Shown piece by piece: positions 47,589 to 58,572 of a DNA stretch of 64,000 nucleotides (its first letter is position 1; every line of letters begins with the position of its first letter). Made by a program: the position numbers and the translations under genes. The DNA is taken from contig CAVPSJ010000019.1 in assembly GCA_963708295.1 (NCBI GenBank), positions 64,001 through 128,000 on the forward strand, written 5' to 3'. The notes beneath the pieces were generated by a model, which saw only the letters and a program-made list of their open reading frames with translations, was not told the DNA's origin and did not search any database. The DNA is from an uncultured delta proteobacterium. Lineage in GTDB: Bacteria > Desulfobacterota > BSN033 > UBA1163.

Positions 47589-48473
47589 TCACCTGCTCAT
47601 CGGATCAGCTGAGGGCCGGTGATAAGTGGAAAGGTAATCCTTCAGGGCATCGAACCACGGTCGCATCGTCCGTCCTGTCTCCTTTTCCAACTTTTGACAA
47701 TTGAGGACAGAGTAAGAAGGCCGGGCGGCCGGGCGGCCGAGCTCCTTCGAAGACATGGGGAGCACCTTCACCCGATGGATTCCCGAAAGGTTCAAAATGG
47801 CCTGGCCGAAGGCATACCAGGTACAGATCTCACTGTTCGCGACATGAAAGATCCCCCGGGCGTCAGCCTGAATCAGATCGCGAATGGCTTTCGCCAAGTC
47901 AACGGTGTAAGTGGGCGACCCCGTCTGGTCATCGACAATGGAAAGCGTCTTCTTCTCTCCTGCCTGTCTGAGAATCGAGTCCACAAAGTTTTTTCCGAAG
48001 GGTCCGTAGAGCCATTGGGTTCGAATGACGACAAAGTCCCCTCCTCCTTCTTGAACGTATTGTTCTCCCTTTAACTTGGAATGGCCATAGACATTCAGAG
48101 GATGGGGAGGGTCACTCTCTAAATAGGGGTTTTTTTTCTCTCCATCGAAGACATAGTCGGTGCTCAGGTAAATCATTTTCGCGCGGCATTTCGAGGCCGC
48201 CAGCGCCACATGCCTCGTCCCTTCCGCGTTCACGCCAAAAGCCCTCTCCTGGTCCGATTCACACCCATCGACATCGGTGTAGGCGGCGAGATGGATCACA
48301 ACCTCAGGCCGAAGCGCCGCAATTTTGCTGACGGAGTCATCTTCTTTTCGGACATCTATTTCTTCGATATCCCAGCCGATGACCTCATCCTTCGAGAATG
48401 CGGAACGGAGAATGCCCATCAGATCTCTTCCCAGCATTCCTTTCGCCCCGGTCACCAATATCGTTCGCCTCAT
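47589..48473 (-). CDS. rfbD: dTDP-4-dehydrorhamnose reductase
   Basis: GAKGMLG, STDYVFDG, YGHSK, DQTGSPT. Confidence 0.95.
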   Translation of the reverse strand: MRRTILVTGAKGMLGRDLMGILRSAFSKDEVIGWDIEEIDVRKEDDSVSKIAALRPEVVIHLAAYTDVDGCESDQERAFGVNAEGTRHVALAASKCRAKMIYLSTDYVFDGEKKNPYLESDPPHPLNVYGHSKLKGEQYVQEGGGDFVVIRTQWLYGPFGKNFVDSILRQAGEKKTLSIVDDQTGSPTYTVDLAKAIRDLIQADARGIFHVANSEICTWYAFGQAILNLSGIHRVKVLPMSSKELGRPAARPSYSVLNCQKLEKETGRTMRPWFDALKDYLSTYHRPSADPMSR

Positions 48474-48536
48474 CTTCGAAGTGAATCCATTTCTCCCTTG
48501 GACGGCACCCTCGAGAAAATTGCCATCCGAGCGGTT

Positions 48537-48742
48537 AAAATCCGAAGCACGAAATTCGGGCGAAGCATCCCGCAGGGATCAATACGAAATAATTTGAGGC
48601 TCCTCGCCGACACACGGAGCTTCCCAGATACGTGGTCTCAATTTTACTGTTGTGCCCTCTCAGGGCGCGTTGCCGGCCAAAAACCAAATTCAAATGCTCC
48701 AAACTCACTTTGAAAATTGTGTCATTCGATATTCGGATTTGT
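48537..48742. repeat. Heptamer-armed element with internal palindromic inserts
   Basis: AAATCCGAAGCACGAAATTC...TTCGATATTCGGATTT. Confidence 0.6.
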
Positions 48743-48761
48743 TATTCAACAAATGCACACT

Positions 48762-49778
48762 TTACCTATCTTCATACATGCGTTTGTAGTAGTCTAGGTA
48801 TTCTCCTGTCTTGATCTTTTTCCACCATTCGGGATGAGCTTGGTACCATTCCACGGTAAGCCGGATCCCCTCTTCAAACGAGATAGAAGGCCTCCAACTC
48901 AACTCTCTTTCGATCTTAGAGAAGTCAATCGCATATCGACGATCATGACCCGGCCGATCTGCGACAAATCGGATCAGGGAATGGGGTTTTCCCAATCGAT
49001 CCAATATCGTTTTTGCCACCGCCAAATTTGGCTTCTCGCTCCGGCCCCCGACGTTGTAAACCTCCCCTTCTTTGCCATGGTGCAACACCACATCCAACGC
49101 CCGGCAATGATCTTCGACATAGATCCAATCCCGTACATTCATCCCATCGCCATAAATGGGTAATTCTCTATCTTCAATGGCATTCGAGATCATCAACGGA
49201 ATCAGTTTTTCGGGAAATTGGTAAGGTCCATAATTATTGGAACATCGGGTGATGAGAGCAGGAATCCCATAAGTATGGTGATAAGCCCTGACGAGCATAT
49301 CCGCTGCCGTTTTACTCGCTGAATAAGGACTATTGGGCGCGAGGGGGGACTCTTCCGTGAAAGCTCCGGTCTGTCCCAGAGAGCCATAGACTTCGTCGGT
49401 GGAGATATGAAGAAAACGTATCGTTTGCTTCGAGAAAACCTTTCGCACCGCTTCGAGGAGGGTGAAAGTCCCGAAGACATTCGTCTTCATAAAGGCGCCG
49501 GGGTCTTCAATGGACCGGTCCACATGGGATTCAGCGGCAAAGTTCACGATGGCCTCCACGCCCTTGCGGACCAATTCCTCTATTCGAGGGGCGTCGACAA
49601 TGTCCCCTCTGATAAAATGATAACGGGGAGAATGGGAGAGATCGGAAAGGTTTTCCAGGTTCCCCGCGTAGGACAATTTATCGATATTAATCAAAGAATA
49701 ATCCGGGTAAGATTTCAGACAATGACGAATGAAGTTGCTCCCGATGAATCCGCAACCCCCTGTGACCAATATTTTCAT
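48762..49778 (-). CDS. rfbB: dTDP-glucose 4,6-dehydratase
   Basis: GGCGFIG, AAESHVDRSI, STDEVYG, YSASK, DRPGHDRRY. Confidence 0.96.
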   Translation of the reverse strand: MKILVTGGCGFIGSNFIRHCLKSYPDYSLINIDKLSYAGNLENLSDLSHSPRYHFIRGDIVDAPRIEELVRKGVEAIVNFAAESHVDRSIEDPGAFMKTNVFGTFTLLEAVRKVFSKQTIRFLHISTDEVYGSLGQTGAFTEESPLAPNSPYSASKTAADMLVRAYHHTYGIPALITRCSNNYGPYQFPEKLIPLMISNAIEDRELPIYGDGMNVRDWIYVEDHCRALDVVLHHGKEGEVYNVGGRSEKPNLAVAKTILDRLGKPHSLIRFVADRPGHDRRYAIDFSKIERELSWRPSISFEEGIRLTVEWYQAHPEWWKKIKTGEYLDYYKRMYEDR

Positions 49779-49834
49779 TTCCTTCTCACCTCTTCCAACT
49801 ATCCGACTCAGTCATCGCTGCCGAAGGAGCGGTC

Positions 49835-49995
49835 AAAACTCGAAATCCGAATATCGAGCGAAGCGTCCGTTTCGGACCAATCCGAAATATACATCAAATT
49901 CAAATGACTAAATTTATGAAACATGCTTTGACTTCATCCCGAATTTGGCGCTTTTGCAATTTGGATTTGTTTCGGATTTCGTGCTTCGAGTTTGA
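49835..49995. repeat. Heptamer-armed palindromic element
   Basis: AAACTCGAAATCCGAATATCG...TTTCGGATTTCGTGCTTCGAGTTT; near copy of 57162-57307. Confidence 0.75.
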
Positions 49996-50003
49996 AGTTC
50001 TTT

Positions 50004-50459
50004 TTATCCATCTTTTCTCGCCCAGTCATAAGGAACATCTTTCCCATGCGGGGGCAGACGGTACTCATCGGGCGCGCCGTGAACATAGACTTCCGTCGGA
50101 ACGTTGATGATGATGGCTTCTTCCTCGCTGATGCATTTCCATCCATGATAGATCCCTTTCGGCACTTGAACCAACAGGGGATTGTGGACCCCGATGAAGA
50201 ACTCATTCATCTCCCCTTTCGTCGGAGAGTCTTTGCGCGGATCATAAAGGACCAGTTTGATCATTCCCTGGATGGCACAGATGTGATCGGTTTGGACCCT
50301 ATGATAGTGCCAGGCCTTCACCACCTCGGGATAGGTGGTAGTGATATACACCTGGCCGAATTTCAAGAACAGGTCATCATCCGCCCTGAGGATCTCCATC
50401 AGCCTTCCCCGGTCATCCGGGATCGCCCGCAACAACTTCGTCCTCACCCCTTGGATCAT
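50004..50459 (-). CDS. rfbC: dTDP-4-dehydrorhamnose 3,5-epimerase
   Basis: DDRG, KAWHYH, DPRKDSPT, VPKGIYHG. Confidence 0.9.
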   Translation of the reverse strand: MIQGVRTKLLRAIPDDRGRLMEILRADDDLFLKFGQVYITTTYPEVVKAWHYHRVQTDHICAIQGMIKLVLYDPRKDSPTKGEMNEFFIGVHNPLLVQVPKGIYHGWKCISEEEAIIINVPTEVYVHGAPDEYRLPPHGKDVPYDWARKDG

Positions 50460-50624
50460 CGCAGCCCCCTTACATTCCCTCATGAATCAATTTCAAACGT
50501 GAAATTGAACCCACACCTCAAATGCTAGAATGTTGACTTCGAAATTTGAAATTCATTTGCCTTTTGGATCTTAGACATTGGGCGTTCATTTGAAATTGGT
50601 CATTTAAAATTTGAAATTGATTGA

Positions 50625-51353
50625 TCAAAGTTTGTTGGCTCCCGTTTGGGCCACCAGTTGATTTGCGCGAAGCAGGGATTCGAACGTCCCCGCGTCAGTC
50701 CACCACCCCTCTAAAATATCCCATGTCATCAGCCCTTTTTCAATATACTGATTGTTTACATCGGTAATCTCCAACTCCCCCCGGTCAGAGGGCTTGAGCG
50801 TTTTGATGGTGTCGAAGACCTGCTGATCAAAAAGATAGATCCCGATCACGGCATACCCGGACTTGGGTTCCTTGGGCTTTTCTTCGATTCCGGCGATCCG
50901 ATCCCCCTTCAGCTCGGCAACCCCGAATCGCTGCGGGTCGGAGACTTCTTTCAACAAGATCTTCGCCCCTCGCTCTTGTTTTCGAAAGTTTTCTACCGCC
51001 TTTCGGATATTTTTTTCGATGATATTATCTCCCAACACCACACAGATTTTCTCTCCGGAGGCAAAGAACTCGGCCAGCCGGAGAGCTTCGGCAATTCCTC
51101 CTTCTCCCTCCTGATACGTGTAGTTCATATGTTTGAGCCCGAATTCCTTTCCGTTTCCCAAGAGCTTCAGAAAGTCTCCGGCATTGTTTCCGCCCGTAAC
51201 GATCAAGATGTCATCAATCCCCGCATTGATCAGAGTCTGGATCGGGTAGTAGATCATCGGTTTATCGTAGACGGGAAGGAGGTGTTTGTTGGTCACCTTG
51301 GTCAATGGGTAGAGCCGGGTCCCCAAGCCACCCGCCAGAATCACACCTTTCAT
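50625..51353 (-). CDS. rfbA: Glucose-1-phosphate thymidylyltransferase (short form)
   Basis: LAGGLGTRL, LLPVYDKPMIYYP, EEKP, RGELEITD, DAGT. Confidence 0.93.
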   Translation of the reverse strand: MKGVILAGGLGTRLYPLTKVTNKHLLPVYDKPMIYYPIQTLINAGIDDILIVTGGNNAGDFLKLLGNGKEFGLKHMNYTYQEGEGGIAEALRLAEFFASGEKICVVLGDNIIEKNIRKAVENFRKQERGAKILLKEVSDPQRFGVAELKGDRIAGIEEKPKEPKSGYAVIGIYLFDQQVFDTIKTLKPSDRGELEITDVNNQYIEKGLMTWDILEGWWTDAGTFESLLRANQLVAQTGANKL

Positions 51354-51375
51354 GAGTCTCCTCCTGAATCGTTGA

Positions 51376-53550
51376 TCAAAATCTCATAAGACTAGGCGCG
51401 CGTGCACTCGAGCCGAGATTCAAAAGATTGACATAAAAATGATACTTCACTTCCTTTTTCTGTGTTCGATCAGGAGACTCGTTTATACCCTCGACGTAAA
51501 AGCCCGCTGACCAGCACTGGGCCTGATAATACGCCCCGAAAACGGCCTGGACCCATGTTCCTTCCAAGAGGTTGTAGTAAAATGAACCAAACAAGTACAG
51601 GGGTGGGATTGTCTTCACCCGGGCATCGAGATTGATCTCCCGAATGGTCCCCCGGGTGTCCCGATATTGTACCTGGATCGCATCATTTCTTCGATCTTTG
51701 GCAATGATCGCAAAATTAGCGATATCGAAATTCGTCTGGTAAGGGTTGAATTCTCCATCCCAATGAGCAGAAAGATAAGGTCCGAAATTTAACCATAGTT
51801 CTCCTTGAATGTTTGAAAAGGACCGGTTCTTCCCGCTCGAATCCGTGAATGGATCTCCGAGACTATAACTCTGAAAGATCATTAATTTCGCGTATTCAAC
51901 GGGTCCTGAGTTCACTCCCACTTTTTCCGGCCTTCCTACAAGACGCTGGGTGATCCCGTAGGTGATCTGATTCGTGTAGGGGATCTGATCCACGTCGTCG
52001 TCGAATGCAGGAAGATCATCTTGATTCACCCGAGGGATGTAACTGTAACCCACGAAGGGTTCAAGGGTGTGCATCCATTTGTCCACATAGTATAGGCCCG
52101 AAAGCTTCGAGAAGGTTTCGGCATCATAGACCCGGTAAAACTCCGTTGACATCAAGGCATTCGCTTCTACCAGTTGTCTCGATCTCCACCCCTTGAATGT
52201 GCCGGTGGGATCATTTTCACTACCGTAAACGGTTCCTCTCCATCCGACATCGGATTCAAACTTTAACACATTGAAGAGCCGCGTCGGAAGGGTTATCCGG
52301 GGAAAGAGATCTCCCCGGTTTGCCTCGATACCTTTCTCGCGCCAGAAGTTGGTATACGAGGAGGTCAGGTCAAAGAAAAGAGGAGTTTTAAAAAGGGACT
52401 GGGGATGGGCATAAAAACTGATCTGTGGAAGTTTTTGAACTGTCGCATCGTTGCTGTCTTTGGTCAGATCATCGTAGACCGCAGTCTGAGCGACGAGACT
52501 CGTATGGTCCCAGTTTTTTCCTCCGAACACAACCGATCGCAGTAGCCTCGCACTCCACGAATCAATCGCCTCCACCTTCGCGGTTGACGGAAAGTACTCA
52601 TCTGTAAAATCTCGAAGATACTCATGGTCGCTTACACGATTGATATCCGCCTTGAGATAAAAATCATAGGGAAGTTTTTGTTCGTGTTCAACAAAGAAGG
52701 AATATCGATTCTTATGGAGCTCCTGATCATCGATGAAGTTGACATTGACCTGTCCCCTCGTCTCTCGGCCGAAAGCGTACCGATACTCGAGGCCTTCTTT
52801 AAATCCCCGACTTCCCAAGTAATCGAAATAAAGCGTGGCATCCATATTTTTTGCAAAAGCCCAGTAGAAACCGTTATAGATTCTCGGACCCTCCGAACTG
52901 GAATATCCCGCACGAGGGATCAGAAAGCCGGACTGCCGTTGCTGTCTTACGGGAAAGGCTCCCCAGGGAAAATAGAGAACCGGGATATCTTCGAGGTAGA
53001 AAATAGGCCCTTTGGCCGTCCCCCATCCTCCCAGCGCCATCTCTTTCACTTCCAATTCCTTCACACTGAATTTCCAGGGTGGCCGTGTCGCATCGCAGGT
53101 CGTCAACGAACCCTCCCGAATGCGATAGTGATTTTCCCCTAATTTCTCCACCTCCTGGCCAGTGATGTGAAAATTCTGTTCTTTCAAAAAAAGTCTCGCC
53201 TGATAAATCCTTCCCGATCGGGTGTCCAGATTGATTTCCAGGCGTTGACATTCAACCACATCTTCTCCTTCCCTCAATAGAACATTTCCCCACGCCACCA
53301 GCTCTTTGGTCGCCATATTCAGCCGGCCGTGATCTGCCTTGAGAGAGAGATCTCCCCGGCTCACTTCCACTCGTCCATGAGCCTCATAGGTCTGGGTCTC
53401 CCTCTCATACGTGAGCTCATCCGCCTCAATGTCCACCGGTCCTTCTCCCTTCGTCGCACCCATGTCCCCTACTATTGAATGGGCAGGAGATGAAGCGGTG
53501 ACGATGAAGAGAAGAAAAAAAAAGCCCAGGATGAAAGGGTGAGATCTCAT
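51376..53550 (-). CDS. lptD: LPS-assembly outer-membrane protein
   Basis: Signal peptide from ATG 53550; OstA-like N-terminus, TTC....PW, RQSGFLIP, QCW near the C-terminus. Confidence 0.9.
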   Translation of the reverse strand: MRSHPFILGFFFLLFIVTASSPAHSIVGDMGATKGEGPVDIEADELTYERETQTYEAHGRVEVSRGDLSLKADHGRLNMATKELVAWGNVLLREGEDVVECQRLEINLDTRSGRIYQARLFLKEQNFHITGQEVEKLGENHYRIREGSLTTCDATRPPWKFSVKELEVKEMALGGWGTAKGPIFYLEDIPVLYFPWGAFPVRQQRQSGFLIPRAGYSSSEGPRIYNGFYWAFAKNMDATLYFDYLGSRGFKEGLEYRYAFGRETRGQVNVNFIDDQELHKNRYSFFVEHEQKLPYDFYLKADINRVSDHEYLRDFTDEYFPSTAKVEAIDSWSARLLRSVVFGGKNWDHTSLVAQTAVYDDLTKDSNDATVQKLPQISFYAHPQSLFKTPLFFDLTSSYTNFWREKGIEANRGDLFPRITLPTRLFNVLKFESDVGWRGTVYGSENDPTGTFKGWRSRQLVEANALMSTEFYRVYDAETFSKLSGLYYVDKWMHTLEPFVGYSYIPRVNQDDLPAFDDDVDQIPYTNQITYGITQRLVGRPEKVGVNSGPVEYAKLMIFQSYSLGDPFTDSSGKNRSFSNIQGELWLNFGPYLSAHWDGEFNPYQTNFDIANFAIIAKDRRNDAIQVQYRDTRGTIREINLDARVKTIPPLYLFGSFYYNLLEGTWVQAVFGAYYQAQCWSAGFYVEGINESPDRTQKKEVKYHFYVNLLNLGSSARAPSLMRF

Positions 53551-54839
53551 GATTTCCTCGCGGGGAGGAAATAGGCTCTCGCCTCCCCGACGGTGTAAAG
53601 GGATCCGGTAATGCAGAGGAGGTCTTCCTTCCGGGTTAGGGCAAGGCCTTTCGCAATCGCCTCCTTGAGATCTTCCACGGTCTCCGCTTTCTTCCCATTC
53701 TGGTCCAAGGCCTTTTTGAGCAACCCGGGAGCCGCGGCACGGTCCGTATGAGGTCGGGTGAGAATGATGTGATCCGCGAGGGGAGCCAGAAGATGAAGCA
53801 TGGAATGGGTGTCTTTGTCCTTCATGATTCCAACCAGAAGGATGAGGTGGTGATATTGGAACTCTTTCTCTAAAGACTCCTTCAGAGCAAGGGCTCCTGC
53901 CGGATTGTGGGCGCCGTCGAGGATGACTCTGGGAGAAGAAGAAACCAACTCCAACCTTCCCGGCCAATCGACCTCTCTCAAGCCATCGATCATCGCCGTT
54001 GTGGAGACCGGATATCCCAGATCTTCCAAAACCTCCATGGCACCCAGTGCCGTCGTCGCGTTGAGAACCTGGTGAAGCCCTTTGAGATTGAGATGAATAT
54101 CCCACAATTTTCGATTGAGACCTTCATAATCGAAATCTCCGTCTTCTCCCCGGATAGATCGAAATTCCTTCCCCACCCGGAAAAAGGGAGATTTCCTCTC
54201 CTGACAGATTTTCGAAAACAGACGAATCACCCGGGGCTGCGTGGCCGCTGTAATCAACGGCCTTCCCTTCTTGATGATGCCCGCTTTCTCTCCGGCAATC
54301 TTTAGGATCGTCTTGCCCAGGTAGGCCTCATGGTCTTTCGCAACATTGGTAATGATGGAAATCAGCGGATCGACCACATTGGTCGAATCGAGTCTCCCAC
54401 CTAGCCCGACCTCTAAAATCGCAAGATCCACCATTTTCCGGTTAAAATACGAGAGGGCCATCGCTGTGGTAAAATCAAAAAAGGTGAAGGGAGAGGCGAT
54501 GCCCGCCGCTTCGATCTCTCTTCTCATCCATCCCGCCAGGGCCGCCACCTCTTTTTCCTCGATCTCTTTTCCGTTGACCTTGATTCGCTCGGTGAATCGA
54601 TTCAGATGAGGAGACGTGTACAGCCCCACCCGGTAGCCCTCTCTCCTCAGGATCGAACTCATCATCGCCGCCGTGGACCCTTTCCCGTTTGTCCCTGCGA
54701 CATGGATGGTCTGAATTTCTCTGTGCGGATTTCCCAGGGCGTTGAGGATCTTCTCCACCTGAGCCAGTCCAAAGATCATTCCGAACTTCTCGAGATGGTA
54801 AAGATAGTCCAGCGATTTTTGATACGCGTCTCGGCCCAT
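53547..54839 (-). CDS. folC: Folylpolyglutamate synthase / dihydrofolate synthase
   Basis: HVAGTNGKGS, TSPHL, LEVGLGGRLDSTN, DGAHN, GSLY. Confidence 0.97.
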   Translation of the reverse strand: MGRDAYQKSLDYLYHLEKFGMIFGLAQVEKILNALGNPHREIQTIHVAGTNGKGSTAAMMSSILRREGYRVGLYTSPHLNRFTERIKVNGKEIEEKEVAALAGWMRREIEAAGIASPFTFFDFTTAMALSYFNRKMVDLAILEVGLGGRLDSTNVVDPLISIITNVAKDHEAYLGKTILKIAGEKAGIIKKGRPLITAATQPRVIRLFSKICQERKSPFFRVGKEFRSIRGEDGDFDYEGLNRKLWDIHLNLKGLHQVLNATTALGAMEVLEDLGYPVSTTAMIDGLREVDWPGRLELVSSSPRVILDGAHNPAGALALKESLEKEFQYHHLILLVGIMKDKDTHSMLHLLAPLADHIILTRPHTDRAAAPGLLKKALDQNGKKAETVEDLKEAIAKGLALTRKEDLLCITGSLYTVGEARAYFLPARKS

Positions 54840-54855
54840 GGACGAAGTCTCTCCC

Positions 54856-55710
54856 TTAGTTCCCGGGTTTGAGCATTTCTAATAAGGAGGCGAGTATATG
54901 TCGGAGGTCCTTCCGTTCTACGATCAGATCCACCATCCCATGCTCGAGAAGATGTTCCGCTCGCTGGAAACCTTCCGGGAGTTCTGCCCGGATCGTGTCC
55001 TTGATCACCCTGGGACCTGCAAATCCGATCATCGCCTTGGGCTCAGCAAGGATGACATCGCCCAGCATGGCGATGCTGGCGGAAACCCCGCCTGTCGTAG
55101 GATCGGTCAAAACCGAAATATAGGGAACTCTCGCTTCATGGAGCTTCGCCAGGGCCGCGCTGGTTTTCGCCATCTGCATCAATGAAAGGATCCCTTCCTG
55201 CATCCTGGCTCCCCCCGAGGCACAGAAGATGACCACACTCACTTTCTTCTCGACGGCTCGCTCAATCATGCGAGTGATCTTTTCTCCCACCACTGACCCC
55301 AGACTTCCCCCCATAAAATTAAATTCGAAAATTCCGAGCATCACTGGCTGGCCTTCAATTCTCGCTTCCCCGCAGATGATCGCATCTTTGTGCCCGGTCT
55401 TTTCCTGGGATTCTTTGACCCGTGTAGGATAGCGCTTTGAATCCTTGAATTCCAAAGGGTCGCCAGAAACGATGTTCACATCGTATTCGACGAAAGTCCC
55501 GGGGTCCGCAACGCAATCGATTCTCCTCCGGGCAGGAATCTGGAAATGGTAGTTGCACTTGGGGCAGACTTGAAGGTTCCGTTCAATCACCTTCCGGTAA
55601 ATCAGCTCATTACAAGAGTTACATTTCGTCCACAGTTGTTCAGAGGGCTTCAGTTCCTCTCGTCGATCTCTCTCTCTCCCCTCTTCTTCACCTTTCTTGA
55701 ACCAGGTCAT
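54856..55710 (-). CDS. accD: Acetyl-CoA carboxylase carboxyltransferase beta subunit
   Basis: Zn finger WTKC..C...CPKC, MGGS, SGGARMQEG, GFAGPRVI. Confidence 0.97.
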   Translation of the reverse strand: MTWFKKGEEEGRERDRREELKPSEQLWTKCNSCNELIYRKVIERNLQVCPKCNYHFQIPARRRIDCVADPGTFVEYDVNIVSGDPLEFKDSKRYPTRVKESQEKTGHKDAIICGEARIEGQPVMLGIFEFNFMGGSLGSVVGEKITRMIERAVEKKVSVVIFCASGGARMQEGILSLMQMAKTSAALAKLHEARVPYISVLTDPTTGGVSASIAMLGDVILAEPKAMIGFAGPRVIKDTIRAELPEGFQRAEHLLEHGMVDLIVERKDLRHILASLLEMLKPGN

Positions 55711-55820
55711 TCTCTTCGGCCATCCCTTCTAGTCAAGTGATTTAACGTAACAAAATCACGGCGAGATGTCAATTCATTCTGCCTCTTTCTCTCTGAATCC
55801 ATTGAACATCCTACCCCTTC

Positions 55821-57122
55821 ATGCTATTTTTATCCCTAGTGAGAAAAGTTCGGGTCCTTATCGAATCTTTGGCATATAAAGGGTACGGAGTGGCTCGAGT
55901 CGACGGCAAAGTGGCCTTCGTCCCCTACACCCTGGCCGGCGATGAGGCATGGGTTGAGATTACGGAGGAGAAAAAGACATACTCGGCAGGAAGGTTAATT
56001 CAGCTCCTCAAACCTTCTCCCGGGAGAGTGACCCCCCCGTGCCCCTACTTCGGAACTTGTGGCGGCTGCCAATGGCAACACATCGACTATCCGATTCAGG
56101 CGGAGCAGAAGAAAGAGATCTTAGGAGAGACCCTCAAAAGATTGGGGGGCCTGAAGGAAATCCCTCCCATCAGCGCGGTCCCTTCGCCTAAACCCTATGA
56201 CTATCGGGTCAGGGTCCAGTTGAAAGCCAAGGGAAAAGCGATGGGCTATTATCAGGAAAGATCCCATCGGATTGTCGATGTCGAACGCTGCCCCATTTCA
56301 CATCCTCTGGTCAATCAGATCATCCAAAGCCTGCGTGATCAGTTAGGCATTTTGTCTCGCATCGAAGAGGTTGAGATCAACGTCTCTCCGGAGGAAGGGA
56401 GAGGAGTCCTCTTATTCCATCCTCATTCCTCTGACCAACGGGCCGAGCCTTTCACGACAGATCTCCTCCAGCGTCAGCCGTTGTTGAAGGGGATCGCCAT
56501 ATCCCGAAAAGACGGACACCAACGGATCGGTGATCCTACTCTGAACTTCACCCTTCTTTTGAGTCACTGGAAAGAAAAAAGGGAACTCAAACTTCGAATC
56601 TCCCCAGGGAGTTTTTCTCAGGTCAATCCGGAGCAGAACCAAAGACTCGTCCAGACGGTTCTTCAGTTCTCAGAAGTGAATCAGGAAGACAGGGTGTTCG
56701 ATCTCTATGCCGGCGCGGGAAACCTGACGCTCTCGTTGGCCACGGAGGCGGGGGAAGTCTTGGGAATTGAAGAGAATAGAATAGCCTCCGAGGATGCACA
56801 GTTCAACGCGGAAAGAAACGGGATTAAGAATTGTCGCTTTATTCACGGGCGGGTAGAAGATGTCCTCTTGGACTGGGAAAGAGAGTCCCCTGATCTTATC
56901 GTCCTCGACCCTCCGAGGACAGGGTGCAGGACCATCCTCGATCCCGTGGTCAGATTGAAACCCAAAAAAATCATCTACGTCTCTTGCGAGCCGACGACCT
57001 TTGCCCGGGACCTCCGGCTCTTTTGGGAGAGAGGGTATTCCCCGCAAAGACTTACCCTGATCGATATGTTCCCGCAGACCTACCACATGGAAACGGTGGG
57101 ACTATTATTACCGAAAGCGTAA
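55821..57122 (+). CDS. rlmD: 23S rRNA m5U methyltransferase (RlmD/RumA family)
   Basis: TRAM domain, CPYFGTCGGC, FSQVN, DLYAGAG, LDPPR, YVSC, DMFPQT.H.E. Confidence 0.88.
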   Translation: MLFLSLVRKVRVLIESLAYKGYGVARVDGKVAFVPYTLAGDEAWVEITEEKKTYSAGRLIQLLKPSPGRVTPPCPYFGTCGGCQWQHIDYPIQAEQKKEILGETLKRLGGLKEIPPISAVPSPKPYDYRVRVQLKAKGKAMGYYQERSHRIVDVERCPISHPLVNQIIQSLRDQLGILSRIEEVEINVSPEEGRGVLLFHPHSSDQRAEPFTTDLLQRQPLLKGIAISRKDGHQRIGDPTLNFTLLLSHWKEKRELKLRISPGSFSQVNPEQNQRLVQTVLQFSEVNQEDRVFDLYAGAGNLTLSLATEAGEVLGIEENRIASEDAQFNAERNGIKNCRFIHGRVEDVLLDWERESPDLIVLDPPRTGCRTILDPVVRLKPKKIIYVSCEPTTFARDLRLFWERGYSPQRLTLIDMFPQTYHMETVGLLLPKA

Positions 57123-57161
57123 CGTCAGCAGCACGGCGCTGCAGATACCAAACAAGCCACA

Positions 57162-57307
57162 GAAAATCCGAAATCCGAATATCGAAATCCGAAACAAGCT
57201 CAAAATTCCAATAACCGAATTTCCAAAACTCGTTTCAGTTTCTGTTTAGAATTTTGAATTTACGCTATTTGATATTGTTTCGAGTTTCGGATTTCGTGCT
57301 TCGAGTC
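57162..57307. repeat. Heptamer-armed palindromic element
   Basis: AAATCCGAAATCCGAATATCGAAATCCGAAAC...GTTTCGAGTTTCGGATTTCGTGCTTCGAG. Confidence 0.8.
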
Positions 57308-58179
57308 TAAATCACTTTATTCAGCGGATATTCGATAATCCCCACCGCTCCGAGTTTCTGCAAGTTCGGAATGAGTTCCCGGACGATCTTCTCGGAAATA
57401 ATCGTCTCCACAGAAAACCAGTCATTTTGGAATAGGTTGGATACCGTCGGGGCCGTGATGCTGGGGAGGATTTCAATCACGCTCTTGAGGTCATTGGCCG
57501 ATACGTTCATCTTCAGCCCAACCATCCCCTCCGCCCGGAGGGCTCCCTGAAGCAGCAGCGAGATCTGCTCGATCTTCTCCCTTTTCCAAGGGTCCTGATA
57601 GGAAGAACGATTCGCGATCAGCTGGGTATTGGTCTGCAGGAGCTCTTCGACGATTCGCAGGTTATTGGCCCGCAACGTACTTCCGGTCTCCGTGACCTCA
57701 ACGATGGCATCGCTCAACCCTTCGATGATCTTTCCCTCGGTCGCTCCCCAGGAGAACTCCACCTGGACGTGGATTTTTCGCTCGGCAAAGTATCGTTTGG
57801 TGAAATTGACAAGCTCCGTAAAGATCTTTTTCCCCTCCAAATCCTCCAAGTGGCGGATGGGAGAATCCTCTGCGACGACCAGGACCCATCGTGCAGGGGT
57901 GGGACTGGCTTTTGAATAAACCAAATCTTGGACCACGACCACATCGGAATCATTTTCCATGATCCAATCCTTCCCCGTCAGCCCTACATCCAGCGTACCG
58001 ATTTCCACAAACCTCGACATTTCCTGGGCCCTGACCAGAGTGCAGCGGATTTCATCATCATCTACGATGGGAAAGTAACTCCGGGAACTGACCGAAATCT
58101 TCCAGCCTGACTTCCTGAAGAGCTCAATGGTGGCGTTTTCAAGACTTCCTTTAGGGATTCCAATTTTCAGTATGCTCAC
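57307..58179 (-). CDS. hisG: ATP phosphoribosyltransferase (long form)
   Basis: [28 protein letters not shown]-terminal regulatory domain. Confidence 0.96.
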   Translation of the reverse strand: MSILKIGIPKGSLENATIELFRKSGWKISVSSRSYFPIVDDDEIRCTLVRAQEMSRFVEIGTLDVGLTGKDWIMENDSDVVVVQDLVYSKASPTPARWVLVVAEDSPIRHLEDLEGKKIFTELVNFTKRYFAERKIHVQVEFSWGATEGKIIEGLSDAIVEVTETGSTLRANNLRIVEELLQTNTQLIANRSSYQDPWKREKIEQISLLLQGALRAEGMVGLKMNVSANDLKSVIEILPSITAPTVSNLFQNDWFSVETIISEKIVRELIPNLQKLGAVGIIEYPLNKVI

Positions 58180-58553
58180 TCTCCGTACACCTCCCTCGGG
58201 TCGAAAACTTTCTTTCCCTCAACCTTCCATTTCCCTTTTTCAAACCGTTGGTGGAAGCAGCTCCGGAAACCGGTATGACAGGCAGCCCCTCCCTTCTGAT
58301 CCACCTTGAGCAGGAGGGTATCTCCGTCACAGTCAAGATAAATTTCCTTGATCTCCTGAAAGTTCCCCGACGTCTCTCCCTTTACCCAAAGCTTATGGCG
58401 AGACCTTGACCAGAAGGACGCCTTTTTCGTCTCCAGCGTCTTCTCCCACGATTCTCGATTCATGTAGCCTAACATCAAGACTTCATCGGTGGAGGCGTCC
58501 TGGATGATGACCGGGATGAGCCCGTCCCCTTTCTGAAAATCGATCTCGATCAA
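58176..58553 (-). CDS. hisI: Phosphoribosyl-AMP cyclohydrolase
   Basis: WSRSR, KGETSG, DCDGD, ACHTG..SCF. Confidence 0.96.
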   Translation of the reverse strand: MIEIDFQKGDGLIPVIIQDASTDEVLMLGYMNRESWEKTLETKKASFWSRSRHKLWVKGETSGNFQEIKEIYLDCDGDTLLLKVDQKGGAACHTGFRSCFHQRFEKGKWKVEGKKVFDPREVYGE

Positions 58554-58572
58554 TTTATCTCCTCCTTGGAGA

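Noticed and set aside
50670-50700. tRNA T-arm-like sequence (GTTCGAATCCC on the minus strand)
   Set aside because: Lies inside rfbA coding sequence (GTFES); no cloverleaf.
53551-54105. Long N-terminal extension of LptD
   Set aside because: Overlaps folC in another frame; the signal peptide begins at 53550.
57162-57307. Possible CRISPR array among the short repeats
   Set aside because: Units are 7-8 nt, degenerate and lack unique spacers; no cas genes in the window.
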